A stretch of 64,000 nt of DNA from Camelus ferus (lineage: Eukaryota): contig NC_045696.1 in NCBI RefSeq assembly GCF_009834535.1, positions 74,774,001 through 74,838,000 on the forward strand. Reading direction: 5' to 3'. Positions within the stretch are counted from its first letter, which is position 1. Each line of letters starts with the position of its first letter. The translations under genes and the position numbers were made by a program. Positions 62,252 through 64,000 of the stretch are shown piece by piece. The notes beneath the pieces were generated by a model, which ran no database searches, was not told the DNA's origin, and saw only the letters and a program-made list of their open reading frames with translations.

Positions 62252-64000
62252 TGTGAGCATGCACTTAAATGTCTGTTTTCCTTCTTAGTCTGCAGACTCC
62301 TGGAGAGCTGGGCCTGTGTTTAATCCATGTGTAGGCCCAGTTCTTGGCACATAATAGGCATTCAGTCAGTGTTTGGTGAGAGAATGAACTATGCCAGAAC
62401 ATGCCAGTTAGGTGATGGGAAACAGACTTGAGAGCAGCACCTTATTTTTCCTGGAACGGAGACAAAACAGACTGCCTTCAGTTCACAAGAGGCTGAACTG
62501 TGTTACTTTTTGGGCACTTAAAAATGTTCCCTGTAATGAGAAATTTGGTAGCAAATAAAAAAAAAACATTAAAAAGCAAAACTTAATGCCAATACTGTAT
62601 TGTCAGTACCTCTGACTTCCGTTTTCCTCTGTCACCCACTCGCCCCCCGCAGCTCTGGATTGTTGGCTGACTTCTTGAGAAAGAAAGCCACATGGGAGTA
62701 TCTGTAATTGGAAGACTACTTGGGGTGGGTAAGCAAGTGTGTTTTTAAATTCCCTGGTGAGAATGATCATAAAAGCTTTAAATACCTCAACTAATTCATT
62801 ATGAGTTTAGGGGTTTTTTTTTTAAATAAAGTATAGGAATTATGAATCATTATTGCAAAGAGAAAAGCAGAATATTAGAGAATTTAATTGTAAAATAGCA
62901 AACTTAAAATTAACTTTTCTGATGAATAGACTTCTTTTAGTAGGCAAAAGTAGTTTATGCTTTAATTTTTAAAGTACAGTTTAAAATGCTTTCATGCCTA
63001 CATGAGCTTTCATGATCTGTATGAAAATTATTAGTAGCTAAGAAACACTCGTATGGCTTTGTCTCATATAGATTAAAATAGCTGTTCACTAGCACAGCAG
63101 GTATAATTGTACAGGCTACATAATGCCTTGTTTTAGTAAATTCTGTGGACATTTTAAGAAGTAGAGAGAGAAGGCTGTTTGAATTATGCAACTGTGTTTT
63201 TTTCTGTTTTATTTAGTAAATTGGCTTGAGTACAATGGCTCATTTTGATATTTGTAACTGGTACAGCTGAACTTCTAAAATGATAACTCATATGCTGCTT
63301 TCTACTCAGCTAACAATGCTTTCACTATATGATCAAGTTATTTAAAATGTGTTAAACGAATCAAATATTCATGTTGAAAAAGAACTTAGTCAAGAAGTTC
63401 TAGTAATTGAAAGAACGCTATGGTTATATCAAATTAATTTCCATTAAATTATTAGTTTAAAATGGCATTAGTCAGTAATTTCAGTTATCACTTCAGGGAG
63501 TGTGAGGAACAGCTTCAATTTGATCTTGACTAAAAATCGCTGTCGGTGAAATTCACACTGTACCCTTCTGATGATTTTTTTTTTTTTTTTTTTTTGGTAA
63601 AAACAGGTAGAAATGGCTCATATTGCATACTCCTCTTTGTCTTTCCTTCCTCCCAGGAGGGAAGAAGTTTCTTAACTAACTGGCTGAAGATAGATCCTGG
63701 AAAAACATAAATATTATAGAAATGAATTCGGGTGGGGCAGGGGAGGAGCCTACAGTGATACAGAGAAGGACTAGTCAGTGAAGTCCAAGGAAGACCCAGG
63801 AAGTGTGGGGTCATGAAAGCCATTGGAGTAAAGCCTGACCAAGAAGGGAGGATCATTAGCTTTAGCAGAGAGGTCTCATGACGTGCCCTTGCAAGGAGGC
63901 AAAGCAGAGTGGTTGAGAGACTGGGTTGCAGAGTCACACACACTTGGATTCAGTTCCCAACTCCACTTCTATTCTTAGGCAAGTTATTTAACTTAAGGCT

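Noticed and set aside
1..64000. CRISPR array, operon, defence island or other novel multi-gene system
   Set aside because: The DNA is mammalian, with no regularly spaced repeat-spacer array and no gene-dense coding region.

Overview
Mammalian, repeat-rich, mostly non-coding DNA. Six copies of a tRNA-Ala(AGC)-derived SINE resembling camelid vic-1 suggest a camelid genome (camel, llama or alpaca). I found no intact protein-coding exon. The one strong genic landmark is a CpG island (~49.25-50.3 kb). It holds a GC box, an ISRE-like site and a probable ATG-less first exon ending at a CAG|GTAGGC donor (49901), so ~49.9-64 kb is probably intron 1 of a + strand gene I cannot name. The upstream ~49 kb is intergenic-like: L1, L2, MIR, MaLR/ERVL/Gypsy-like LTRs and hAT/Tigger MITEs, plus a 5'-intact, 3'-deleted RPL11 processed pseudogene (11045-11316). 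The most unusual observations are small. There are five atypical insertions flanked by target-site duplications (TSDs): two orphan mRNA-tail micro-retrocopies, a prematurely polyadenylated L1 3'UTR piece, an internal L1 ORF2 piece and a probable 3' transduction. An MLT1B LTR is split by an apparent inversion with a perfect 22-bp inverted repeat. Two old local duplications are not explained by repeats I recognise. I see no evidence for a new multi-gene system. Repeat family names come from my memory of consensus sequences, not from a database search, and repeat boundaries are approximate.
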